Shown piece by piece: positions 51,979 through 64,000 of a DNA stretch of 64,000 bases. The DNA comes from Octopus sinensis (taxonomy: Eukaryota). Position 1 is the stretch's first letter. Every line of letters begins with the position of its first letter. The position numbers were made by a program, and so were the translations under genes. Location of the stretch: NCBI RefSeq assembly GCF_006345805.1, contig NC_042998.1, positions 142,166,001 to 142,230,000 of the forward strand, given 5' to 3'. Under the pieces are notes generated by a model. The model was not told the origin of the DNA. It was given only the letters and a program-made list of their open reading frames with translations, and ran no database searches.

Positions 51979-53125
51979 GTTTAGCTACCTCAGAATTTTC
52001 CTCAAGAAACCTTAATGGTGAAAGCTGACTTACTTACGTCTCACGAAAACAGAAGGGACTTTCTGTTTGTCCTCTAATAATGACTCGAAATAAGGACAGT
52101 ATTTTTTCTGTTGAACGAGGTAAGAGTACGATATATTCCGATTTTTTTAAAGACTAACATCGACGCCAAGAATCATAGTGAAGTGGTAAAGTTCACACCC
52201 GCCATACATGTATACAACAGCTCATGAGTCAACGCAACATAACGGTAATCGTTAGAAACATTGCTAGTGATATGAATTCCTTGCACTTAGTCACCTTTGT
52301 GACTGATATGGACCGGTTGTAAGGGCTAAAGTAACGAAAAATAACGCGATCGGGAGGAACCTGTAAAAATTGCAAGTCCTTATAACCTTACATCGCTACA
52401 AAACCATTCCAGAACTCTACCCATTCGCGGATGCAGAAATGCAAGTGAGGCTGATGGTGCAAGGTATAAGGCCTAGCTGCGATATTTTTGGAAACAAGAG
52501 CCACTAGAGGACATTCTAGCCAGAAGAGTTTTAAAAAAACGAACAGCAGCACCAGAATCCAGAGATTGTCGTTTCAGCAGTACAGTGGGTCAAAATCTCG
52601 AAATTACCTAAAGAGATTTATCTTTGATTCTAGGAGTTGACCAGGAAACTGAGACATTAATTACTCCAACCATGGCAAACAGTGACGGGTTAGAGAAGAT
52701 GAAAGATGAGATATATCCACAAAAACAACAGTAACAGCAAATGTCAAGCCCCACAACACTAACCAACAGAAGTACTACTTGTGTCTTATGACGAATGGGA
52801 GGCAAGGGTTGCCGAGTAAAATTTTAAAAGCAAGCAAACATAAAAGAGGAAGTTCCACTTCCCTCCCTCCCCCACCCATAAAAAAGAACAGAAATAAACA
52901 ACGATAGAAAATAACGATAGAAAACAACGAAAAGGAGTGAAGAGGAGTAACCTTTAAAAAATCGGAATATATCGTACTCTTACCTCGTTCAACAGGAAAA
53001 ATACTGTCCTTATTCCAATTCATCTTTAGAGGACACACAGAAAGTCCCTTTTGTTTTCGCGAGACATAAGTTAGTCAGCTTTCACCATTAAGGTTTCTTG
53101 AGGAAAATTTTGAGGTAGCTAAACG
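51978..53125. mobile_element. 1.15-kb element with ~180-bp inverted terminal repeats, flanked by (TC)n on the left and (GA)n on the right
   Basis: cgtttagctacctcagaattttcctcaagaaacc.. (51978-52158) pairs with ..ggtttcttgaggaaaattttgaggtagctaaacg (52946-53125). Confidence 0.8.
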
Positions 53126-53659
53126 AGAGAGAGATACAGAGAGACAGAGAGACAGAGAGAAAGAGAGACAGAAAAGGGAGAAAGAAAAGAGAGAAAGTAA
53201 GAGTGGGAGAGAAAGAAAAGGAAAGAAAAAAGTATGCATGTGGGTGGATGTGTTCTGTTATGTAATATGCATATGTAAATGAGTACGCCCGTATTCTCGC
53301 ATGTGTACGCGTTGTACGTTGTATATATGTATGTTTCTATGTGTATCCTTGTGCATGTGTGTATATATATCAGTGTATGCATATGTATATATATATATAT
53401 ATACATATATATCAGTGTATGTGTGTATATGTGTAATTTAGACGAGATCTAAACAATAGAATATTTAAGAATGTTACCTGTCACAGAATGACATCACATA
53501 CAGAATGAGAATGATAAATAGCTCCTGAATCAGCAGGTATTTTTCCATTTACCTTTACTAAACAATCGATTTCTTTTGTAGTAATAGTAACACTTTCTTA
53601 TAACTTGACTACTGAGAGAGATTTGTGTCTTAGCTCACCGAAGTATCATTAATGGTTTC

Positions 53660-53860
53660 GAAGTTTGGCTTGGGATCAGCAATATTAGGGAAAGAGGATA
53701 GTCGATTACATTGATCCTAGTACTCAAGTGGCACTTTATCCCGAGAGAAAGAAAGGTGAAATCAACCTCAGCGGAATTTGAATTGAGACATAAACAGCCG
53801 GAAGGAATATTACTTAGCATTTTCTCCTGTGCACTAACGATTCTGCCAGCACGTCGCCTC
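53660..53860 (-). mobile_element. Diverged SINE, family A
   Basis: gtcgattacattgatcc..gcggaatttgaatt..ctaacgattctgccagc. Confidence 0.65.
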
Positions 53861-54499
53861 CCAGTAATAAAATGAAAACAATGCAGATCAAGTACCTCCT
53901 TATAATTTATCTCAACTATGATTTCGTAACTTAAACGAGCCCCTTGTAGAATCCTTAAAGTGTTAGACATACTGCCTTGCAACATTTCTTCCGTCTCTTC
54001 GCATTCGGTGTTCAATTCCCTTCAAGGTCAACGTTGCTTTCATCCTTTCGGATGAATATCAGTCAAGCACGGGGCGTGAGGCGATCGGCTAATGCTCTCT
54101 CCTTAAAATTTTTTGGTTTTGTCCTAAATTAGAAATAATTATCTACTGAATTGTAGGGGCTATACTTATAAACACTACTAAAGGAGGTCTCTTTTGGGCA
54201 AGTCAAGTTGCACATATGGGTGAGGCCGTCTTGAAATAGGATTTGTATTTTTCTAAACAGATCACTTACACAAGGGTTATACTCATTGCTATTGTCAGAA
54301 TACGAACAGAGCCGAACAGTTACCACAATGACAGTTTTTTCTATATACATGATGTTACAAAGTACAAAAAAATAAAGGTAAGATCTTCAACATCCAAATA
54401 TAAAATAAAATTTAACAAGAGAAAATTGCAGAACTACTGTGTACGGGAAAAAGCGTGCAGAATTTGCAGTTTACTTTGATGTTAGTGGAGATCTGCATT

Positions 54500-55200
54500 T
54501 CTACAAAATCATGCATGGATAAAACAATCCCAACTCTTGTTGAGATGAAACTATTTGTGAACGATCACGATATCTATTTCTTGAACAACTGAAAGAAATC
54601 AACAAAAATGTTAAACAATGGTTTGTCTTACTGTTGTTAGTTTGAAGCTGTTTGGGAACAATCGTAATATCTTCCACTTGAACTTTCGGTACAAATGAAA
54701 GAAGTTGATGGCAATGTTAAACAGCTATTTGTCCAAATCAGCTACGCAGAAAGTGAGTAGCATGTATATGGGGATTTCAAGATGCATGCCTTTATTTTTT
54801 CGCTTTCAGGATGAATAGACAAAATTTGTGTTTCTTTTGTTTATGGAACAGTAAGAATGTTGGCCTCCAAGGCATAAATTACAACCAGAAAGATTAACTG
54901 CTGCAAGGCAGCCTATTATAGAGTCTAAAAACGTTTTGTTACTCCTACTTCATATAAAACTGGGATCCATAAAACAGCTAGTGAAGGCCTTAAACTTTGG
55001 AGAAATTTTTCAAGAAATCCATTTTATGTTTCCAAGTTTCTTTGATGACAAATCAAAGGTGGTTATGCTTGTTGAATCTCAAGTGAATATGATTTTGAAG
55101 TAAAAAAAGAAAAAAAATGAAAGAAAGAAATGTTAAGAGAATCAAGAAAGAAATATGATGTGCATTTTGTGGTGTAATTCGTGAGTTTCTAAGGATTCGA
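54500..55200 (+). pseudogene. DNA-transposase relic resembling Chapaev3/CMC-type transposases
   Basis: Frameshifted motifs GDFKM (~54770), CFFCLWNS (~54829-54852) and LLLLHIKLGSIKQLVKAL (~54939-54992) match, from memory, the GD(L/F)K / CFLC.WDS / PPLHIKLGLMKQFVKAL signature. Confidence 0.6.
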
Positions 55201-55239
55201 AAAGGTGATAATTATAGGAATCTCATAACATGGCGTAGT

Positions 55240-55485
55240 TATCTTTTATCATTTTTAGCTGTTACTTTTTTTCACTCATTCAACTTCAGCCATGCTGGGG
55301 CACTGCCTTGAAGAGTTTAGTCAAACAGAATGACCCCAGAATTTAATTTCTTAAAAATCTGGTACTTATTCTATCGGTCCCTTGTGACGAATTGCTAAGT
55401 TACGGGGACGTAAACAAACCAGCATCGGCTATCGTGCGATGGGGGTGGACAAGCACACACATACATACCCACGCACACACTCATG

Positions 55486-55544
<59 letters not shown>

Positions 55545-55700
55545 ATACATACATAAAACGGGCCTTCACAGTTTCCGTCTACTAGGTCCACTCATGAAGC
55601 ATTGGTCGGCCCAGAGACCATAGTAGAAGACATTTGCCCAAGCTGTGATGCAGTCGGACTGAACTCGAAACCGCATAGCTGCAAAACGAGCTTCATATAA
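55240..55700 (-). mobile_element. SINE family C with internal CA/TA microsatellite
   Basis: gccatgctggggcactgcc..ctggtacttattctatcgg..cagtttccgtctac..gtagaagacatttgcccaag. Confidence 0.75.
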
Positions 55701-55719
55701 CCTAGACTTTAGGCCTCTC

Positions 55720-56005
55720 ACGATGTCGGATTCATAAGGCCGGAGATGAACCCGGTTCCATGGCAATTAAGTGACTGAGATCACAATATTCCCCGCTGAA
55801 CGGGAGCCAGTCTATCGCGGGGTTGACTTTCCCAGTTGTTGCTGAAACTCATTCACAGATGAATGAACTGGAGCAACGTGAAATGAAGAGTTTTACTCAA
55901 TAGCACAACACAACGGACTGTCTGGGCCGGGATTCGAAACCACACTTAAACAAATATAAGTGCGATATCCCTAACCACTAACCACTAACCCAAGCGCCTT
56001 CACAT
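55720..56005 (-). mobile_element. SINE family B variant
   Basis: gaactggagcaacgtgaaatgaag..gggattcgaaacc..ctaaccactaa. Confidence 0.65.
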
Positions 56006-56909
56006 AAAAAAATGTTGAAAATTAACGTTCAAGTAGTAAAACAAAAATATTCTTTTGATTAATTTTGATAAGCAATAATCATATTTTCTAATTTAGATCC
56101 AAAATAAAGAAATTGTGAGCATTAGACTCTTAGAGATGGAAACAAAGCTTCCAACTCATACTCTAATCTTAACTAAGATCCCTTTGCATTTTTTTAGATT
56201 TGTTTGAAATAAAAGTATTATACTTGGTTTAATTTGTTTTTAATACAAAGTCATAACTCCTATAGACACCCAGCAACTCCCAAAGCACTCCCTTGACATT
56301 TGCCATCCCCTTGTGATCTCACAATGCTCTCAAAATGGTACTACCACCCATGTTAACAACCGCTGCATTATATAATGATTAATACAAAATCGACTAATTA
56401 TCGACTAGTCCCCTCCACCCAAATTTCAAGCCTTGTGCCTTTAGTAGAAAGGATTATTATTACTATTACTTTCATCCTTTCATCCTTTCGATGTTGATAA
56501 AATAAGTAATCGACTAGCCCCTCCCCCAAAATTTCAGGCTTTGGGTCTGCAGCAGAAAGGCATCATCGTCATTGGTATGTAGTCATTGAATATCTATGTA
56601 AGGTATAAGAATGTAATTATTTAAGATTCAGCAAATCCTAGTGAGAAGTCTTTTTGTCTATCTTTTGGTCAGCAATGGTAAAAATTTTAGATACTTTTTT
56701 TTTTTGTTCAAAACTTGTAGTAAATTGAAAATTATTATCAGCTGCTAAACGAATATATCGTATTTTGAGATTAAATTATGCAGTCTTCGAGTGATAATAC
56801 AAAGAATTGATAACTTGAAGCGTTGGTGTTTTCCCGTAAAGCAAGACAACCTTTTGAACATAACCGACCTTTTTATTGATAAACAACATAGCTCGACTAA
56901 TATTGATTC

Positions 56910-57092
56910 CAAATTTTGGCGCAAGGCCAGCAATTTCGAGGGAAGGGATAAGTCGACTACATCGACCCCCAGTGTTCAAGATGAAAGGCAAAGTCGGCCT
57001 CGGCGGAATTTGAACCCATAACGTGAAGACGGACAAAACGTCGGCTTAACATTTTGCCCAGCTTGTTAACGACTCTGCCAGCTCGCCGCCTT
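56910..57092 (-). mobile_element. tRNA-derived SINE, family A
   Basis: aagtcgactacatcgacccccag..gatgaaaggcaaagtcggcctcggcggaatttgaac..ctgccagctcgccgcc. Confidence 0.8.
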
Positions 57093-57638
57093 CAACTTGA
57101 CTAATATCGAAAATGTACCCCTTATTTATAAAAGCTATCAACACCTCTAGTGTAATTAAATCCAAATTTATAAAAATAATAACAATAATAATTAAACGAA
57201 TTTTAACGGATTTTTAAGAAGTGGGGCGAATTACAATAATTAATAAAGAAGGAGAATGAATTAACTATAATTTACTTTAGAATTGCTGATAGAGTTGCCG
57301 AAAATCAATGGATTTTAGGACTTATTCTTGTGCTGGTACGTTCCAGAATTTCTGGTACATATTTTAAAATAATAAATCTCTCTGCAGAAGATGTTTGATT
57401 GATCGCTCAGCTTTTCTATATTTTCATTAAAGGTCATCTACTTTTTTCCATATGAAACATTTTTTAGGGTTAAAGGTTTTATATTTATATCTTATATAAC
57501 GCTAAAACTGTTTCGCTTCTAAACGTTCGCTTTCAAAAAATGATACCACCATCTTTGTTGGTTTATTGTGCTGTTTTTGTAGCTTTTTCTTATTTGGAGG
57601 GAATAATTACTTCAGAATTTGTCATTTACAGTTAAGAT

Positions 57639-57704
<66 letters not shown>

Positions 57705-57751
57705 TTCTCCCTCTATCTTTGTCTGTCTGTCTGCCTCTTTCTATCTCGCTA

Positions 57752-57791
<40 letters not shown>

Positions 57792-58274
57792 CATCTCTTT
57801 GTCTCTGCCATTGTCTCTGTCTGTCTGTCATCCTCCCTCTCTCTTTCTCTCTCTCTCTTTCTCTCCCTCTCTCTCTCCCTCTCTCTTTCTCTCTTCATTT
57901 ACATTTTGCTTGGTTTAGTCACTGGATTTGCGTACGAATTTGTCGATGAAAACAGTGTGGAAGACCGTCATGTGTATATGCGTGTGTGTGTGTGTGGTGT
58001 GTGCGTGGTGTGTGTGTATGTGTGTATGTGTGTATTTGTCCTTCTCCCACTGCTTAAGAATCGGTGTTGCCAAGTGATGAAATCTTCCCCCGCGCTCCTC
58101 ACTGGTAACACCTAAATTTTCACGGAAAGAAAAAATGAAAGATTCGGACACACGAAACACCCTTTTAAAGTCATGCAGCAGTTCATTTTAATTATTACTA
58201 TTAACTGATGAAGCCTTTATAGTTTACAAAGGTTAGGGCCTTCAAAACCCGCTGGCAATGTTACAGTTTTTGCG

Positions 58275-58690
58275 AAGGAATAGCTGTGTCTCTAAGAAGC
58301 TTGTTTTGCAATCACGGGCTTTTGTATTCAGCCCCACCGCATGACTCTTTGGGCAAGTTCCTCTACAATAACATTGGGCTGGCCAATGCCTTGTGAGTGA
58401 ATATGATCGACAGAAACTGAAAGAAGCCCATTGTATAAATATGTGTGTGTGTATGTGTGTGTTTGTATGTAACGTCTCTCTTTTGATCCCCCTCCCATCA
58501 CCGCTTGACAGCCGGAGTTGGTTTGTTTACGTACTCGTAACTTAGCAGTTCGGTAAAAGAAACCTATAGGTTAAGCAGTAGATTTTAAAAAAGCATTAAG
58601 TACTAGGGGCGATTATGTTTGATTAAAACCCTTCATAGCAGTGCTCCAGCATGGCTACAGTTTAATGACTGAAACAAGTAACAATACAAA
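58275..58690 (+). mobile_element. SINE family C (near full length)
   Basis: Head agaagcttgttttgcaatcac; tail cagtgctccagcatggc..aatgactgaaacaagtaa. Confidence 0.75.
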
Positions 58691-59185
58691 GGCAGGTGCA
58701 GTTTAACCCCCATCCGAACTCCAAGACATTCCAGATTGAAGCCAGTCTCTGATCAAACGTGTTAGAGCTACCACTGTCCAATCTATTTTCAGACATAACG
58801 TATCTAGGTGCACATTATCCAATAAATGTATTTTTTTAATGTTTCGTTGAATTTGAGAAAATTCGATTACTTTATCTAGCAGGTCGAGACACAACGTAGA
58901 GCACATAAAGCTTCGTTTGTTCGCATGTAAATGCGATGATCTCAATAAGCAATTAATTGCTTGGAGAGAATTCGATTTAGAGAGAACGTACAACCGTGAT
59001 TAATAAATAATTTCGCAATGGTTGATAAGACAGTGCGCCAGTGTGGGCGCCGCCATATGGTTGTAACCAATTAAAAGAGCAAAAAGCTAACATTATTGCT
59101 ATGATTCTTCTTACCGTTTTATTGGCATGCATTGAAAAGGAAACAGCTGCATGTATATATGTGGACATACATGCATAAATACATA

Positions 59186-59239
<54 letters not shown>

Positions 59240-59719
59240 TGTGTAAATACATGTATATATTTATGTATATATGTGAATATCTACACAAAAAGAAATGTGA
59301 ATATTGCACTCACAAATACACATGTATATGAGAATATACACACATAAATACATGTATATTTGTGAATATAGAGACATAAACACATACAGACAGACACACA
59401 GACAAATCATAATACACACAGACACCACACACACACACACATGCACGCATACGTGCACCATTTCATATGTGACTTCCGCCAGAGACATGCACGTAAACAA
59501 CCATGTAGAGAATAAATCAAACACTAAGATGGCTGTCAGCACATTGTGAATTTGTAAATACAAACAAATAAAAAGGAAGGAATTCTGTGGAGAAGTGACT
59601 AACAATTCAGCAGAAATGTGAATGGTAGAATGTTTTCACTGGAATCAAAAGATCTGTGTGGTTTCGATTTAAAATTGTTTACAATTGCAGTGTATAAAAA
59701 TATATATATACATACGTAC

Positions 59720-59790
<71 letters not shown>

Positions 59791-59797
59791 ATGTATG

Positions 59798-59848
<51 letters not shown>

Positions 59849-60168
59849 GCATATCACTATATATATATATGGTTTAGACAAGTAGAACTCAAAACCTGAG
59901 TATATATATTCTTTTTATTATGAATAATAAAATATGCGCGTATGTGTATGTACGTATACATGTATGTATAACGGAAGCGTTAAGAACTTTTACATACATC
60001 ATAAAATAGCATACATTTATTAAGTAAAATTCATTCCTCTATTGTTGCTTCGCGTGCAATGCACATGTATTCTTACATGCATATATACTTACGTGTGTAT
60101 AATGCGTGTGTTAATGAACATATGTTTGTGTGTGTGTGTGTGTGTGTGTTAATGAACATATATATATA

Positions 60169-60236
<68 letters not shown>

Positions 60237-60884
60237 GTGTGTGTGTGTGTGGTGTGTGTGTGGTGTTGTGTGTGTGTGTGTGTATATATTTGTGTGTGCG
60301 TCTACTTGTAAAAATTGTGGGAAGATTTGTATGAAAACCAGTGGCAATCACATGCTGTTTTCCCTATCACTTGCTTGCTAACGAAAGCCTGGTGTGTCTA
60401 TATAATTTTATATATATATTTCTACTCGCAAAATAGATCCTTATCGAGGGGAAAGACAGGAATATGTATGCTTATTTTAGTATATGTAGCATGATATATT
60501 TTTCCTGTATCGTCCTGTTCCAGTTATCTTAATACATTTATATATTATCACTGCGAAGTTTGAATTTCTTTTTTCTATTCCATCGAGTTCTTTGTTAAAC
60601 TCTTTTACAGAGAAACATTCTCATTACAACCACGAAATTTTTGTTCCTATTACTAATACGTATGTGTGTATTAGAGTAAGGGAGTATCTGGCATGTGTGT
60701 GTGTGTATGCGTGTGTGCGTGCATATACAGGCATATATATTCTATATATATATGTCGTATGTAATGCATATGAGGGCATGTACACACATACATATACAGG
60801 TAGGTAGGCAGACAGGTACTACGTACGTACTACGTAGGTAAGTAGGTTGGTAGATAAGTAGGTAGGTAGGTAGATAGATAGATA

Positions 60885-61223
60885 TGTTTCTTTATTAGCC
60901 ACACAGGGCTGCACACAGATAGAACAAATTACAAGGTAGAGCTTTTCTTTTGAAGGTTTAAAAAAATTAAAAAATAATAATAATAATAATAAAATAAAAA
61001 ATAAAATAAAATAAAAAAGGGGGGGTCGATCAAAAGGGATCGTAAAAGGAGAAAAGAGGACAAAAAAAGGGGGGGTTAAAAAAAAAGGGGGAGAGGAAAA
61101 AAAAATTGATCAATAGGGATTCGTTATCACAGAAATGTTCATATGAGTGTAAAGGGGAGGACAGGTGAGGTTTACCCGTGGAAAGAAAAGCCTACGGAAA
61201 AGACCACGGTAACCTCGGTCAAT
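60885..61223 (-). mobile_element. 3'-UTR-only copy of the L1/Tx1-like LINE, between (GATA)n tracts
   Basis: Reverse complement of 31072-31406. (GATA)n/(GGTA)n on the left and long (GATA)n at 61223-61560 on the right. Confidence 0.9.
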
Positions 61224-61233
61224 AGATAGATAA

Positions 61234-61280
<47 letters not shown>

Positions 61281-61327
61281 CAGACAGACAGACAGACAAC
61301 AGACAACAGATAAATAGACAGATAGAC

Positions 61328-61378
<51 letters not shown>

Positions 61379-61447
61379 ATAGATAGATAGATACAGACAG
61401 ATAGATAAATAGACAGATAGACAGATAAATAGACAGATAGACAGATT

Positions 61448-61559
<112 letters not shown>

Positions 61560-62364
61560 TTCATTCAAGGATTTAAAAGGCCCGGCAATACAGTTATGAA
61601 AAAAATAAATTTTAAAATAAGAAATACTAAACCTTTATCTGAAATCATTGAATAATTCTGATATTTCGAACTAAAGGAGTTCGTCATTAGTGAAGTGAAC
61701 TGGAGAGATATGTTTCAGCATATCAAAGCTTCTGTTCATGTATACATGGATAGATACACGCAAATGTATTTGGTGATATTTTCCATTGTGCAAGGATAAT
61801 AAGGTTGCAATAGATAAAGCATGTAGGATGTTATGGTAGTATTTACCATCGTTCTGAGTTTGCTTATGAGTGATATAATTATAGCGTTTTTGATAATACG
61901 GTGATAATTTCTATCGCACTATGTTCGTAAAGTTTCTTTGCCTGTTTATTTAAGTAGAAATAGCGTGTGCGTAATGTGTGGAGAAAGTGGGATCCTATTT
62001 TGGATCACAGTGCCAATAGGAGTGCCTAGGTTAACTGGGGTCCCTGATATTTTGATCTGTAGTTCCGATTATTGCTGCCAGAATGTAACAACAGCTTTAA
62101 ACCAAAATGTCGATAACTTAGAGATTGTGAAGGCAGTTCTCATCTAACTATTTAAATTTACTGTCAACAGCCGATAAGAATTTTGCAAGAATTGGCTTCT
62201 CTGATCTTTCACATCGGCCCTCTTTCGAAAACCAAATGCGATCCTCAAAATCCTTATATTTTACAAACATTGTGTATTGATCGTATCAAAGGAAAAGAAT
62301 ACATTAATACATACACGGATGTATGTATGTATGTTTGTATGTATGTATGTATGTATGTATGTAT

Positions 62365-62396
<32 letters not shown>

Positions 62397-62399
62397 TAA

Positions 62400-62722
62400 T
62401 ATAGAGGGCATTATACATACATGCCAGAGAGCATTATACATACATGCCACACGCTAAGAGGGACAATTAGTCATTTCTATCAAAAAATATTACTAATCCC
62501 ACCGAATGCAATTTTTCAAAATAAGACATTTAAAAAATATAGACCTGTATCACAGTGATTTCATACTTACGTATTCATCAGCAGGCCTGAATGTATCATA
62601 AATAAACGACCCTGCCCCGCTTAAGCCGATCAGCTAACTGATCAACATCAACGAAGCACATGGGTGAGTTTACATATATTACATCCTGTAAATGGCATAC
62701 TTTTACGAATTGCATTTCGGGA
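62400..62722 (-). mobile_element. Diverged solitary homolog of the 11586-11911 array segment
   Basis: Colinear landmarks atagagggcatta, gagggaca, aatgca.tttttcaaa, tgtatcac.gtgatttca, tcataaataaac, aagcacatgg, gtaaatggc, tttacgaa.tgcat.tcggg. (TA)n on both sides. Confidence 0.8.
62541..62589 (-). ncRNA. Type I hammerhead ribozyme
   Basis: Minus strand: AGGCCTG-CTGATGA-ATAC-GTAA-GTAT-GAAA-TCAC-t-GTGA-TA-CAGGTCT. Canonical core, perfect stem II with GNRA loop. Confidence 0.85.
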
Positions 62723-62747
62723 GAGGAAATATATATATATATATATA

Positions 62748-63530
62748 CTAGCAGCATAGCCCGGCGTGCCGGGTATGTAAGAGCCCCTAGTAGGCAACGA
62801 CTAATCCCAATCTAGTCCTTTCCCTCTAGGGAACGAAGGCGCATGTGTAGGTTGCAATGTCTTCTCTTCACTCCCAAATAACTATCAAACAGCTATCGAT
62901 AATTCAACCCAACCAATTCCTACCAGGAAGAAATTACATTCGAGACTTACCCTCTGCTAATAGCTGCTGCAGCCGCAAGTTATTCGAATACTTTTTTTGT
63001 TTACACTTCTTTATAACTACCACCCAAACGTTTTACCTTAAATTTTGACGTACCCTAAGGGTCCTCGGACGCTGCTTGCAAACTCTTGGTTTATTATAAA
63101 CCGCTTTTGTCGTGTGCATCAAAAAAACCTTTTCCATTCGTTTGTTCAATTTGGTCACTTTTGACTTTTTCGTTGTTGTCACTCACATTGCTGCCTGCCT
63201 GCTTTTTTGCCGTTTTGTACATTTTTATACATTTTGGGATACTTACCCCACGTGTTCCGAGAGTTAAAAAGGTCGAGTGCGTCCCCTAGATAGTCTGTAG
63301 AAAATGTGTTGCATATAAAAAGCTTAGATTCTCGACCCATGTCGAATTTATCGATTTTTTTTCAGAACTGGGAGAACTTTTCAAAAATTTTCGCTGCGTT
63401 AGTTTTGAATTATGACATTGGGCTATGTGTGTGTCAAGTTTCGTCAGAATCGGTGGAAAGCCGTGGTCAGGGTGAGGGTACAACCTGACAGAACACACAT
63501 ACACACAGACAGACAAACTGCCGTTTATAT
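62748..63530 (-). mobile_element. Non-autonomous Helitron, longer relative of 16159-16541
   Basis: CTAG and cccggcgtgccggg hairpin at left. 63260-63530 closely matches 16278-16535. Confidence 0.8.
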
Positions 63531-63549
63531 ATTATATATATATATATAT

Positions 63550-63583
<34 letters not shown>

Positions 63584-63692
63584 ATATAATATATATATAT
63601 ATAATATATATATATATATGCATATATACATACATATATGTACATACCTACATATATATGATATATACATGCATATATGGGTACAGGACATC

Positions 63693-63874
63693 AATTTGCT
63701 TCACCACATACTGAAATTTAGAAATAGTAGCCAAAACTAGCTATTTCTCTACCATAAGAACATCTCTTTACCTACGTGGGTTGTTGAGTATTGTTCCTGT
63801 GAGGTTTTCTTATGGTAGAGAAATAGCTAGTTTTGGTTGCTATTTCTAAATTTCGGTATGTGATGAAGCAAATT
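63693..63874. repeat. Hairpin with ~73-bp imperfect arms
   Basis: 63693-63766 pairs with 63801-63874. Adjoins 63620-63692, which is inverse-homologous to 49358-49450. Confidence 0.8.
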
Positions 63875-64000
63875 TTTTGCTGAACCCTAATTATAATTAT
63901 ACTCATAATTATAAGAATTTTTGTTTAAGTTTACCGATAATGGTTCTTTTAACATGCCGAACTACTTAGTAAAATTATTAATTCTTAATTAATTGATTAA

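Overview
AT-rich, microsatellite-saturated eukaryotic DNA with no recognisable host protein-coding gene. The SINE families and repeat texture suggest an octopus or other cephalopod genome (inference). Almost all listed ORFs are translated microsatellites. The window contains: R4/Dong-type REL-endonuclease LINEs sitting in (AAT)n tracts; an L1/Tx1-like LINE sitting in (GATA)n tracts; two decayed Ty3/gypsy elements; Helitron pieces; foldback elements; a Chapaev-like transposase relic; and many tRNA-derived SINEs. The most striking signal is a set of about 13 hammerhead-ribozyme-like motifs in at least six otherwise dissimilar repeat contexts, most next to (TA)n tracts. They include a ~476-bp tandem array with one hammerhead per unit and an inverted leading copy (retrozyme/Penelope-like), a diverged homolog 50 kb away with compensatory stem changes, a 2-kb element bounded by inverted hammerhead-bearing repeats, and a candidate non-circularly permuted hammerhead. 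All folds were read by eye and none was computed or tested.
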